A DNA stretch of 64,000 bases, from positions 310,001-374,000 of the forward strand of contig OY253677.1 in NCBI GenBank assembly GCA_958009085.1, given 5' to 3'. Shown here piece by piece: positions 1-11,959 of this stretch; position 1 is the stretch's first letter; every line of letters begins with the position of its first letter. Both the position numbers and the translations under genes were made by a program. The notes beneath the pieces were generated by a model. That model was not told the origin of the DNA. It did not search any database and saw only the letters and a list, made by a program, of their open reading frames with translations. The stretch comes from Protoeuglena noctilucae. Lineage: Eukaryota.

Positions 1-2791
1 GGGCACGTGACGAGGGCGTTTTGCACCAGGAGCTTCATCTTGTCCAGCTCCGCTGTCGGGGCAGCAGCCCCGCAGTCCGAGCAGTCGGTGCCCAGGGCGC
101 ACGCCTTGCCCTCGTCGCACACACCGTCGTGGTTGTGGCCAGGGCAGCTGCGCGACACAGACGCGGGCCGCGCTTGCATCGGCATCGTCGATGTGTGCAA
201 GCGGGCTCAGAGGGGCCAGTGCGGATGTGATGAGCATGCTGCCAGCCCACCTGTCGGTGCAGAGCGCATCCATGACCAGCGTAGGAAGGGCACACGTCGA
301 CCCCGAGGGCTTGCTCACGAGCGCCTGCGTGATCTGGCCACGGTAGTCCTGCGGGAGGCCGCTGAGGAGTACCTAGTGACACCAATACAGCTGGGCAGTC
401 CGAGGCTGTACAGCATTTCATGCGAACCTGGGGCAGCGCACATGCTCTGTGATACCAACGGATGCCAAGCAACGCGCTGGAGCTGATGATAAAGCAACAC
501 TCGCCTTGAGCTTCCCGTAGACCTGCGCGACCATCGGCGCGGGCACCGGGGTGCTGAGCACGAAGGGGTTGCAGGAAGCGCACACGGTCGTGGGCTCGGG
601 CTTGGCAACGGCCAGGGGGAGCACAGCCGTCTGCGTCTTGACCTCAAGCGGGAAGGGCACCTCCACCGGCTGCGGGAACAGAGCCGAAAGCTCAGGTATG
701 CTGCTAAACTGGGGCAGCAAATGGGCGACAGCCGTGGCTCCATCCAATCGCTGGCGCTGCGGCGTCCCCAGCCTGCTTGCCTCCACGGCCTGGACGTTAG
801 CCTTGCAGACGCCGATGTCCCCCGCGGCGACGTTAAGGGTGGCGGCCTGGGACTTGCCGGCGCAGTTGACGGCCGCCACGGAGAAGGTGATGTCCTTGCA
901 CTGGGTGACATCCGTGAGGTTGAGGCACTGGGCGCTGAAGTTGGTCGGGGTGATGACGCTCGACTTGCCGTCCATGGTCATTTGCACGACGTACGAGATG
1001 GGGCAGCCGCCGTCGCTGGAGGGCTTGTCCCAGCAGAGCTTGACGGCCCCTTGCGCAGCGTTGACCAGGCCGAGGTACTCAATCGCGCTCGGCGGGACCT
1101 GCTTGGGCGCAGGCGGGCTGGTTGGCGCCGGCGTCGCCGCCGTCGTGGCCGCCGGGGTCTTGGCCGGGATCGGCGCCGGAGCGGCCGCCTGCGTCGCCGC
1201 AGGCGTCTTGGCTGGGGTCGCCGCAGGGGTGGGATCATGCGTCGTGGAGGGGCACGGCGTTGAGCTGAAAGAGGAACCGCAGAAGTACTCGACGCTGGCC
1301 TGCGTGGATAGCATACACATGGCAGTATCAGCATGCAGTCGGTTAACATGGTCCACGGATGCTGCGACGCAGCTTGGTGACGCGCACCGCGGCGGTGGTC
1401 GGGAGGGCAGCAAGAGAGACCGTGACGGACGGCGCGACGCTCATGCGGCAGACGTTGCAGGGCGCCTCGGCCGTCAGGGCGGCCACCACTGGCACCGTGT
1501 GCTGGGCGCTGCAGTTGAACGAGTAGGTGACGGTGCCGGCAACCGCCGCGGACGTCGGGGAGACGACCGTCGTGGTGCAGCCGTCCGCCGAGCACGAGCT
1601 TGACTCGGGGCTGGCAAGCAGCACTGCGGCCGCAGCAACGAGAGGGGCGACGGTCCACATTGGGATGCACGCGGCATGGCAAGCGCGCCATAGACGGTGA
1701 CCTGTCATGCGGCTCACATAAGACCCTATGCCGACCCGCTCACCTCCCTGACTCTTGAGGACGTTGACGAGGCTGGACATGAAGTTGTAGCTGGTCCCAA
1801 GGACGCCTGCGCTGGCGCCCGTGGCCTGCGGATGCGGGCAGCAGGGCTGGTATCCATCCAGACAGAAGCATCTAAGTGAGAGGCTCTGGACGACGGAACG
1901 CAGCAAAAGTCACCGAACCGGCAGCAACCGTCTGGCTCGCAGAGGAGCCAAGCACGCCGCCTGAAAGGGCGGCTGCACCGATGGCGGCTTGGGATGGCGC
2001 GACAGAGCCGGAGACGGCTTGGTTAGCCATGGAACCGGCGACAGATGCGCCCTGCTGATTGAGCTGCAAGATGGGCGCGGCCCCACTAGCGCCCATGCCC
2101 GACACAGCCTGGTTGGCCATCGCACCGGCAGCGGAAGCGCCCTGCTGATTGAGCTGCAAGATGGGCGCGGCCCCACTAGCGCCCATGCCCGACACAGCCT
2201 GGTTGGCCATCGCACCGGCAGCGGAAGCGCCTTGCTGATTGAGCTGCAGAATGGGCGCAGCCCCACCAGCACCCATACCGGACACAGCCTGGTTGGCCAT
2301 GGAGCCGGCAGCGGAGGCGCCCTGATTGAGCTGCAGAATGGGCGCGGCCCCATCCATGCCCGAGACCGCCTGGTTGGCCGTGGAGCCGGCAGCGGAGGCG
2401 CCTTGCTGATTGAGCTGCATGATCGGGCCGCCAGTCATGGCCGGGCCTGCGAGGCCGCTGCCCAGGTTCCGTCCAAAAGCCATCTGCTCGAAAGAAAGCA
2501 AGCCAGGGCTTCGATCTTTTGCTGGACATGTCGGATGCAGTCCGGTGGGGCCATCGTGGAAGGCGGGACCCGCAGGGTACGTCGTGCGAGACGCGACAGG
2601 CGGCCCAGGCGCCTCTGGTTCTCGAAAGATGGATGCGCATGCGCTGCGCGAAAATGACGCGCAGAAAAGCGCACGCTTCTCACCTGGCCGAGCGGGCCGG
2701 CTCCGATGTGGCCCCCGAGTCCGCCAAACTGTGCGGACGCGGTCCCCACGCACAGCAGGGCCGTCGTCACGGCAGCTGCAAGCGATGCCAT
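1..2791 (-). CDS. Secreted/cell-surface modular protein (signal peptide, 30-aa G/A/Q/N repeats, P/A/T-rich linker, fibronectin type III domain, Cys-rich module); 3' end lies outside the window
   Basis: ATG at 2791 gives the signal-peptide-like MASLAAAVTTALLCVGTASA. The exons join in phase by eye. They include an FN3-like stretch (VKLCWDKPSSDGGCPISYVV...FSVAAVNCAGKS, ~830-1095) and CPGHNHDGVCDEGKACALGTDCSDCG at ~66-147. Confidence 0.7.
2020..2425 (-). repeat. Coding tandem repeat, 90-bp unit (GAAPILQLNQQGASAAGAMANQAVSGMGAS), ~4.5-5 copies
   Basis: Near-identical blocks start at ~2051, 2141 and 2231 (cc/ttgctgattgagctgca...), with shorter variant units towards 2420. Confidence 0.9.
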
Positions 2792-3973
2792 GTTTGGATG
2801 ATGGCAAGCCTGCTGCATGAAAGGAAGGAGGTTAGAGTGCCTGGGCTGGCGCGAGCACCTCCTCGCAGCAGCAGGTGCCTGCCGGCCTCCGAGCGGTGCG
2901 TAGGCGGTCTATGCGCTCGCTGCACAGCAGCTTGCGCATGATATGATTGCAATCAAGACGTTGACGCTGAAAATCTGGAAAATAATGCCGCGAGCGAGCG
3001 CAGGGAGGGCCGAGAAGGACCGCAGGCACCCACCCTGGGCGATGACGGCGCCGGTAAGGCACGGGAATTCCCCGCTCCCGCGGCAGCGGGGTTAATCGCT
3101 AGTACACACCTGCTGACGCGCACTTGGCAGCGATCGGGCGCCCTGGCGGGTCGCAAGTCGAGCCGCGGTCGACAGTCGATTTTGCCACGGCTGGAAGCTC
3201 TCTCTCCGTCCCAGCGAGTGTCACAATCTGCGATGAGCGCTCGCGGGTGCGGCCCATTAACCCGCACCGGCCCTCTGGCGACCCTGTCAGGGCACGCCTG
3301 ACATGACCGAGACCTGCCACTCATCATCCACTCGTCATCTGGGCTCTTCATCTCATCATTGGCCTTCACACAAGGCGGCATGCAATAGATCTAACGTCTG
3401 CGCTGGCAATGCCGTGAAACGAAGGGCGTGAGGACGAGGCGCTGGGACGAGCAAGGAGCGAAATAACCCAGGGGTTGGTAGCTGCCACTACAGCAGGGCC
3501 TGCCGTGGGTTGCTGGGCGGCGCGCAAGCGAAGGGCAAAGAATGGCCCGTGAGGCAGCCGCTGAGCAGAACGATCACCGTGCGCTCTCTCTAGGGTTGGT
3601 TCTAGTAACAGTCGGGAGACCAGCCGCATCTGGGCAGCCATCCCCATGCGCTCGCGTGGGGGGCCACGACTCGGTCACAAAACGCAGCGAGGTCCCGAGC
3701 AGCTAGGCACGTCGGTCCACGCAGTCTCGGGAGGTGGGGGACCGCATGTTCTCGGCAAAGGTTACTGCCTGCCGTTGCAAGTTCGTGAGGGGAACGGGGC
3801 CCGAGGAAAAACCCGCCAAAGAGCAAGAAAAAGTGGGTTGGGCCGCACAGACCTTGTTACTGGGGCCGACCGATGGCACGGCCTACCAGGGCCTCTCCCT
3901 AGGTTCCGAATCTGTCAGTGACAGCTTTGCCAAGTCTGCGTCCACAGCACGGGAGCAGATTAGGCCGTCACGG

Positions 3974-6495
3974 TCAGCTTGTGCGTCCCTCAGGTGCCTT
4001 GCCCACCCCCCTCACTACTTGCAGCTCACCGGCAAGGCTCGGTCCGAGGGCCGTGAGGTCCACCGACTTGGTGGGGCTGGTAGCAAGGAATTGCTTGAAC
4101 GAAGACACGTTCTCGGCGACCACGGTGCCGCCGTCCCCCAGGGCAGATCCCGCGTCACCCTCGTGTGCACTCTGCGGAGCGGTCTGGTCTTGGGGAGCAG
4201 GCCCGTCTTGGCGCATGCGCTGCCCATCGTTGCCAATCGTCTCTGCCGTCACTGCCGACGACGTGGAAAGGATGGGGGGCTGCGGAGGGCGGGGTGCTTG
4301 CTTGTTTGGAAATGCGCAGGACGTGCCGTCGCCATTTCAGAGCTGTTTGCAAACCCTCACCTGGGGCCTGGACGCGTCCACTGCACCGGTTGCATTCTCG
4401 TGCCACGACTGCCAGCTCTGCCAGCTCTTCCCGAACTCGGTGGTGGAGTACTCGCTGTCGAACTTGGGATGCTTGCTGGGCGAAGCACTGCCCTCTGCTC
4501 CGTCTTGCCACAGGGATGGGGGGCCAGATGCCTGCGAAGACTGGCCCCGATTCACCAGGGGCCCCGAATGCGCCGCCACGGGCGCCTCGAACGGCTGCCC
4601 GCCGAAGTAGTGGGGCTGGATCCACTGCCCAGACCCCGCACCCAGTTCGAGGCTCGCGGACGTGCTTGCGGCTGCCGAGCCGTCCAGCCCCGGCGGGCGA
4701 GGAGCCCCTCGCGCGTCCCTGCTGGGTACCTCCCACGTCCCTGCCGACGTCGGCATCCTCCCCTGCCCCAGCGCAGTCAGGGCTGCCAGGGACCGCTCCA
4801 CCTCCGGCCCACGCTCCTGCAGCACAGGGCAGATGCAGCCCCGGGGCAGCTGACGGCCCTGAACGTCCGGGTACCGCGAGGGGATGTCGATGGACGCCCC
4901 CCGCATCCGTGCGGAGATGTGGGACTCGTGGGCGCTGGGCGACATGAGCCCCATGCTTGCGAGGGCCATGGGCGAGACGAGCCCCTGCAGGGCCTGCGTC
5001 CACAGTTGCGAGACGATCGGGGCACATCGGCTGCAAGGCTGCAGGGCCGAGGGAGCAGGCTGCGGCGGGAGGGTGGGGAGAGGTGTCGCGCCAGGGGGCA
5101 TCGGACGCAGCGCAGAGAGCGGCGCTGGACTGCAGGGGTGCCCCGTCCCCTCACCCTCCGCAGGCCCTCCAAGGACGACCCAACGCGGTTGCCGCCGGGG
5201 CTAGGAACGGCTCGCAGGCCGCCAGAGTGCATCGCCTGCCCTGCGGGACCCAGGTGTGCGCCCGGCATGACGGAGGGCGAGGGACCCCGCATGCCGAACA
5301 TGTGGGCGTGGGAGACCGTGGGTGTGAGGACATCCGTCTCGGAGAACACTGCATAATATAGCAGGGTTTCTTGATTGCTGCATGGTGCCTGCGTCAAGGG
5401 GTCCAGGCACACCCGCCGCTCGGCCGCCCCTCACCCGACTCGTTCATGTCCGTCAGGTCGCTCGACGTGTCGCGGTGCTTGAAAGACGCGCGAGAGAAGA
5501 GCCCCGGGTCGAAGGAGCTGGAGGCGCTGCGGCGCGTGTGCATGCCCTGCAGTACGTCCCCCTGCGCACTCGCAGAGTCTGCAGGGTGCGCGACATAGGG
5601 CGCGGGCGCGGTGCTGTGCAAGCCAGGGACAACAGGGAAGGGCCACGGGGCGGGCAGCGTGCGCTGCGTGGCGTGCCCGCCCATGGGCATTTGCCCATAT
5701 GTGGCGCCCGGCACCCCTGCGGGGCCCGGCATGACGGGGTGCCCCAGGCCCAACGCGCCCTGCGACCCCATCAGGTTGGCCACCCCAGGGATCCCGCCGA
5801 ACTGCCCCAGGCCAACGCTTGACCTCCTGCGTGCATCGCCCATGTGGGGTGTCGGTGTCTTCATGCACGAAGGCGCTGGCGTGGAGTCCCTGCCCTGCCC
5901 TGGATCAGGCACTGACCTGGCAGGCATCGCAGACGCTGCGTCCATGTACATACCCTGGGCACTTCTATCGAGAAACATGCTCTCGTCCGGCAGAGTCCGC
6001 CCATCTGCGGGTGGGAAGGTCGACAGCACGATGCACGCCTGCGCAACTTTCGCACTAGCTGACTGCCAGGCAGCTGCGGGGGCGAGTCCTCCGTGCAAGG
6101 GGGGGCGAGCTCACCGTGGAAAAGGTTCCAGTAGTGGTTGATGCGCCGCATGATGAAGGGCGTCGGGCGCTTGACCGTCTCCCACCTCGTGACGGCCAGG
6201 GTCTCCAGCGCGCGCATCGCGTACTCCTCCGGCATGGACGTCAGCTGCTTGTAGATCTGCGCGCAGCGAGGAGAGAGACGCGGGTTCGGGGCGCCGCGAG
6301 GCGGGACTCCAGGGCAACGCCTCGCCCGTCGCGCACCTGGGCATCGAAGTGTTCGTGCTGCAGGAGGCCCCCGGCCTGGTGGATGATGACCTGAACCATG
6401 GCCGCCACCGCGTTCGGCGCGGGGTACTTGATGGGGTTGGCGGCCGGGCCGGTCGACGGCGAGCGGCGCGTCGCCTGGGGCAACATCCGCGTCAT
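3974..6495 (-). CDS. Protein with N-terminal hnRNP-Q acidic (NURR)-like helical domain and a long low-complexity tail; 3' end uncertain
   Basis: The spliced N-terminus reads AVAAMVQVIIHQAGGLLQHEHFDAQ|IYKQLTSMPEEYAMRALETLAVTRWETVKRPTPFIMRRINHY, which follows the hnRNP-Q/Syncrip N-terminal pattern as I recall it. Downstream exons are P/G/S/M-rich. Confidence 0.5.
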
Positions 6496-7628
6496 CCCTC
6501 AGAGAAGGAAAAGGCCGGACGGCCGGAGCCTTCGATTAGGTCGGTCGCAAGCCTCTGCGCAGACTCCGGAGGCCCGGCGAAGTAAGGTACCCCGCCTAAG
6601 ACGGCGGCCCATGGGCTGCCCGTCCGTCACCACCCTCCCCGCTCCTGCGCACGAGGGCTCACGTCGCAGGGTCAGCCAGGATGAGAACGTCGAGAGAAGA
6701 AAGTCGTTGCCTCAAAAGCGAGCGAAATGTGCCCGCGCGAAGCGGTGCACGCTGCGAGGGCAATGCTGCGCCGAGGCCATGTGGGCGCCGCCCTGCTCAG
6801 CGCCGAGGACCGGCGATCGGCGAGTTGAGTTACGCAGCCATGTCGGTGTCAATGCGAGTCCAGCTCGCCTCCGAAAGCCCTCCCCAGGCCCGAACGGGCA
6901 AAAAGCGGGGGGCAACATCGGGGCAGCTCCCCCGCTGCGGCGAGGGTCGCTGGGCCCGTTCCCAACGCATAACACGAAAGCATGGAGGCGACCGGAGCGG
7001 TCTGGACCCCGAACGTCAGCCGCGGGCGCGGAAACACGGCCCGATCCGCCTTTCCCCAAAGCGATTCCACTCGATCGACGCGCACGGCGCGCGAGGCGCA
7101 GTCAGAGCGCGTCTTGCAATGAGAAAGGCAAACCGTCAACCATTGACGCCGGCGCGACCGGGAGGCGCAACCGGGGGGCGAATTTGGCTTCGGCATGCAA
7201 GCCGGGGAGAGGGTGCAAGGCCCGGGGCGCGTATCGGAGGGCAGAAATGGGACCATGGGGCTCTATGGAGTCGCGCACCCCGCTGCGCACCCCACCAGGC
7301 GCTGCGGATTGCGTGGGCCACCCCGTGGCTCGCCCAACGCGCGTCAGCCTCACCTGTGACTGCGGATGCGAACAATTCGTGCAAAGAACGGCGGGGGAGC
7401 GCACGAGAGGCTCCGCCTGGCGCTGACGCCCACCAGGTTTCACTGGCATTGCCAGTCCTTGATCAAGTACGCGTTATCCGAGCTCTAGCACCCGTAGTGC
7501 GGGCGTGGGAAGGTGTACTTCGTCAGGGGCAGGGCCAGTATCCAAGGGAAAGTCGTTCAACGCCCAGTGGCCCGCCCGTACGCGACAGTGGGCACGTCGT
7601 AGAGACCTCTACGACGGGCAGCGTCGTC

Positions 7629-8924
7629 CTAGACGCTGGCGTTGGCCCCCTGCTCGAGCTTGTAGAGGATGTCCTCGTCCGCGTTGATGGGGTTGTCCTT
7701 GCTGAGTCTGACGAGCGCGAGCGGGGTCTTCCCAGTCGCGTTCTTGGCCGCAGCGTTCGCCCCCGCGTCCAGCAGCAGCAGCACCACCTCCCCACGCCCA
7801 TACCCAGCCGCGTAGTGCAGCGGGGTATTGCCCTTCGAGTCCTGCAGGGCAAGTGTGAGGGAGCGCCGTGACGCAGCACCGAGCAATCCCTTCATGCCAA
7901 CGGCTTTGCGGGCTGTCCCATCGCCCTGGGCTGACCTGGGCCTCCAGGTTCGCATCGACCTCGATGAGCTGGCACACGACCTGCCGGCGGTCGTAGGCAG
8001 ATGCGAAGTGGAGCGGCGTCCTCCCCTCGCTGTCTGTCATGTTGATGTCCTTCCCAATCGCGATGAAGTCCTCTGCCGCCTCGAGGTCCCCGAACCTGCG
8101 CGAGGGGAGGCAGAGGATTTCCATGCCCCGGGCGCACGTTGGCTACCCCGGGTCATCTCCTGCGCTGGAAGGACTCACTTGCATGCCTCCAGCAGGTTGG
8201 TGACCTCGGGGGGCTTCTGAGGCACGGCAGCGGCCGCGGAGGGGACGAGGTCGCCCACCTTCTCCCCCATCAACTTCAAAAACTTGGGGTCGTTGTAGTA
8301 CTTCATTATGGCACGCATGCCGTTCTTGGCGACGTCATCAAACATCTCCTGCGGGAGGAGGGACGGGTTGCCGCAGGAAATGCGCGAGGCCGCGAGCAGG
8401 AGAAATACGCGAGATGTCGCGTCGTGCCTTGAGGTCCGGGTCCTCGCGCAGCTCCGCCATTCGCTTCATGAACGTCGGGTTGGACATCATGGCCGCGTAC
8501 TGCTGCATCTGCTGCTGGACGCCGGGGTCTTTCATGGCCGCCTGAACCGTAGACATCTGCTTCTGGACCTGCGGGCGCAAGAAAGGGGCGGGGATGCCTC
8601 CGCCAGGGGGGATATCTGGATCGACACTTGGCCTTCACATCGCGCGCGACAGGGCACTGCGGCGGGGGCCACGTGCTCCGGACGCAGTAACGACAGGATC
8701 AAGAACATCGCGCGCCTCTCACACGCCGACCCGCGGCGCCATCGACTTCACGCCATCCACCAAACCTGGGGATCATTGAGCGCCTTCTTTAGCGCCTGCA
8801 TTTGCTCCTCGGACATGCCCCCCGCCCCCCCCGCATTCGCTCTAGCGATGAAGATGCCCCGACTTGGGGACAAGACCTTCACGGGTCCCCTGGTGGCAGC
8901 CAAGGGGCATGCTCGTAGTTGCAT
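7629..8924 (-). CDS. AKR2-like protein: STI1/DP-like region plus C-terminal ankyrin repeats, with a possible plastid transit peptide
   Basis: Exons read NDPQVQKQM...NPTFMKRMAELREDPDLK|EMFDDVAKNGMRAIMKYYNDPKFL and GRTPLHFASAY...GNTPLHYAAGYGRGEVVLLLLDAGAN. The N-terminus is MQLRACPLAATRGPVKVLSPSRGIFIARA. Confidence 0.85.
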
Positions 8925-9224
8925 GCTGCAGACGGCAGCGGGCGACGATAAGGAAGTAGATGTCACGCTCCCAAAGCTGAAGAAGCCGTCACGGTTGCCG
9001 AATAGGGCAGTCCGGGCTGCAATCGCCCCAGACCTGCCACGTTCCGCGCGGGTTTCCAGCGAGCTGTCTGGGAGCTGTCACAGCTCCGTGTCCATGATGT
9101 GACGCTGCGCCGTCTAGCTGTTAGCGTTACGGTCCCTCTTCGCATCAGGGGCTAGGTCTTCTCTTCCACCCCTCGTCGCTTTGCGAGAAGGCCTGCGCTT
9201 GCGCCGTGCTGTGAGGGGCGCGAG

Positions 9225-10512
9225 ATGGACGAGGTGAACAAGTTCATCAAACAACATAGGCCGCACTTTGTGCTGGTGCCTGGAGAGAGCGCGAAAGTGC
9301 AATGCCTCCTGAATGGGCACGCCTTCCCTACGAAGGGGGGCCTCGCAGAGCTGAGGTGCGTCCCTTGGAGCGCGGAGGCGTAAGGCGCCGTTGCTTTTGC
9401 GGTGCACAAACCAGGCACTGACCGGCGGAGGCCTGCGCGGCTCGTGGGCCGGCGGGCTTGCAATGCAAGGGCGTTACGGCGGCTGGGGGCCTGTGCCCCG
9501 CCCTCATCGTCCCTGTTTGCGACCCGCAGGGCGTTCGTGGCGGGGAAGAAGTACGCGAAGTTGCTCGCTGCGAAGAGCGAGGCGGCGGAGCTGGCCAAGC
9601 TCGAGCCCTTCCTCGGTCAGCGGCGGCGTGCTTTCGCGGGGAGCTTGGGCCGCCGCGCGCTCGCTATCCAGCTCGGTCCCTTTGTCCCTTTCCCCTTCGC
9701 AGTCCGGAGCAAGAACTTCGGCGACCGGCTGTACTGCACGCTCACAGGGATGCTGGTCGCCAAGACGGTGGCGGGCGCCCACAAGCACATGCAGGCGAGA
9801 GCTCCCCGCCACTCGAGCCGTGGGCCGCGAAGTGCTGGGGCTCTCTGCGTCGCTTCCGCCCGCCGACCGCCTCGACCCAGGCCTCTCCCCAGGGCCGGCG
9901 CTTCACTGCGGCCAAGGCGCGGTTTGTGGCGGATGAGCAGGAGCTGCTGCCGGAGCCCGACTTGGAGGACGACGAGGGCGAGGGCGAGGACGGAGAGGGC
10001 GTCTGGGAGGAGGAGGGGGACGTGAGCAAGGCGCTGGGCCTGGTCATACGCCCGCGTGCTTTGTTGCCTGGCTGAACCAGGCTCACTGTCGTTGCGTCGC
10101 AGGAGGAGATGGAGGGAATGTGGCTGCCCGAGGAGGCCATTGAGAGGGGCGGGCGCGACGGTCACGGGCCCTCCCGGGGTGGTGGACAGGGAGAGGGGCG
10201 CAGTGCTGGAGCGGAGGAGGGGGACGGGGGGGCTGCAGGGAGTGCGTCGGATGCGGAGGCAATGGAGGTGGACGGGGCGGACGGGCGGAGGGGCGGGCGA
10301 CGGGGTGGGTTGCGAGAAACGAGAGCGGGAGACGGGGGCGAGGGTGGTGGGGCGGGGCAGGCGAGCAAGTGGGGGTGGGGCAGCAACGCGTGTGGATCCA
10401 CGGTTGCGGGGATTCAAACGCAGTCGCGCCGTCGCTGCAGGCGGGTCGTCCGAACTCCAAGCGCGTGCGGCCTACGCGCCAGCCCAAGAAGAAAGTCCGG
10501 CGGGGCGAGTGA
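9225..10512 (+). CDS. SURF2: Surfeit locus protein 2 homolog
   Basis: KVQCLLNGHAFP...AFVAGKKYAKL...LEPFL|VRSKNFGDRLYCTLTG...KHMQ|GRRF matches the SURF2 pattern. It has an acidic middle and a basic NLS-like tail (KRVRPTRQPKKKVRR). Confidence 0.8.
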
Positions 10513-10516
10513 GGTG

Positions 10517-10521
10517 TGTAA
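10517..10521 (+). promoter_or_regulatory. TGTAA chlorophyte-type polyadenylation signal (putative)
   Basis: TGTAA lies 5 nt after the SURF2 stop. Another copy at 48947-48951 follows the LRR gene stop. Confidence 0.45.
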
Positions 10522-10541
10522 TCTGGGCGCGTCGCAGGCCG

Positions 10542-11625
10542 TCACTGGGCAAAGTGCCGCACGTTGGTGTCAATGTCGGCGCGCAGCTCGCTCGGCATCT
10601 CCTTGTCCTCTCCCTGGCCGGCCCGGGCCCGGGCGGAGCTGTTGGCGCCCGCCGCACGCTCGAGCCAGCCGGCACGGCTGAGGCCCATGTGGGGGCAGTC
10701 GACGTAGATGCTCTCGTACGATCCCTGCGCGAGGCATGGGTAACTGTGAAACTTGACATGGCACCTGATAGTATGAGCGCGCGCTGCGGTTTGGGGGCCC
10801 ATCCAAACCCTTTTCCACGCAGCTCCTTTCCCTTATCACGTCACCTCCTTGACGATGTAAGTCTCATGCCAGAAGCCGACATCCCCGTCGCCCTGCCTCA
10901 TGGCCTTGGAGAGCCTGCGTGGGACGAGGGTCACGGGGTGGGGGCACGGGGTGGCCCGCAATCCCATCTGCAAATTGCACCCTGACGCGAACCACCCAGG
11001 CACAGTGGGCGTTTGACGACTTGGCTCACTCACCAGAGCCAGTACGGGTGGTGGCTGTTCCTGATGCTCTGGCTCCACTTCACGAGGTGGTCCATGGAAC
11101 GCCAATACTGGACGATGAGCGTGAGCCGGACGACATATCGCCCATCGAGAGGTAGCTCTCAGCGTTGAGCAGCCCACTGGCAGGATCGGCCTCCAGCTCT
11201 TTTAGCATCTGCCCCATGCCCTCCCCCATCTTGCGCACGGTCGCGAGGCCATTAGGGGAATTGAGCCGCGCGCCGATGAGGAACACCACGAAGTCGCCGT
11301 CAAGCTTCCCCGCCCAGCGACCCCGAACGATGTGGCGCTTCGCGGGGCTCTGGAGGACGCCCAAGCGCGTCAGCACGAGCTGTCCCACGTTCCAAGCCAG
11401 GATCAGTGCCGCGAGGGCGGCGAGCGCGAGCCGGCCATAGAAGGGAACCAAGGCGGTGACGATCACCGCGGGCGCCACGAGCCACCCGGGGCCGAACAGC
11501 CTCGTGGCGAGGGCCAGCGGAATGGTCACGTCTTGAGCGTTGGGCTGAAACGGCCTGCGCGGACCAACATCGATGCCGTGAGCCGTGCCATGAGCAGGAA
11601 ACGGGGGCCAGCCCATGTTTTGCAT
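10542..11625 (-). CDS. DUF4188 family protein (YdhR-like/Af470-type monooxygenase), with an apparent frameshift at ~11122-11149
   Basis: Motifs are GDFVVFLIGARLN, MGQMLKELEADP..GLL, VQYWRSMDHL, VGFWHETYIV and GSYESIYVDCPHMGL. The QYWRS block is out of frame with the upstream ESYL. Confidence 0.75.
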
Positions 11626-11959
11626 TACGCCGATTACCTCGCGGATTTGCGCTTGTCGAAAGCAGATTCGGACACCATCTTCACGAATCCGATCGCTCGT
11701 CGAGACCAGGCATCCGATACGCCGCAAATATGCAGGTTCTCGCCGCTTGCACGAGCGCAGGAAAAACCGCGGGGAACAGCAAAAATTTACCAGAGGGGAT
11801 GCGCAGGGAAGACGGTCTATCAAATGAAGGCATCAACGGAGTGGGGAACAGGAAAGGTGCAAGGAAGGGGTTCCCCCGTGTTGCCAGTGCCCTGATTGGG
11901 TCTGATGCACCCAACCGCGTAATTGGATGCAGATCAAGGGTATCCCACCGCAGATCAAG

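Noticed and set aside
2020..2425. Regular repeats as a possible CRISPR-like array
   Set aside because: The units are contiguous with no unique spacers, are a multiple of 3 and are in frame in a coding exon.
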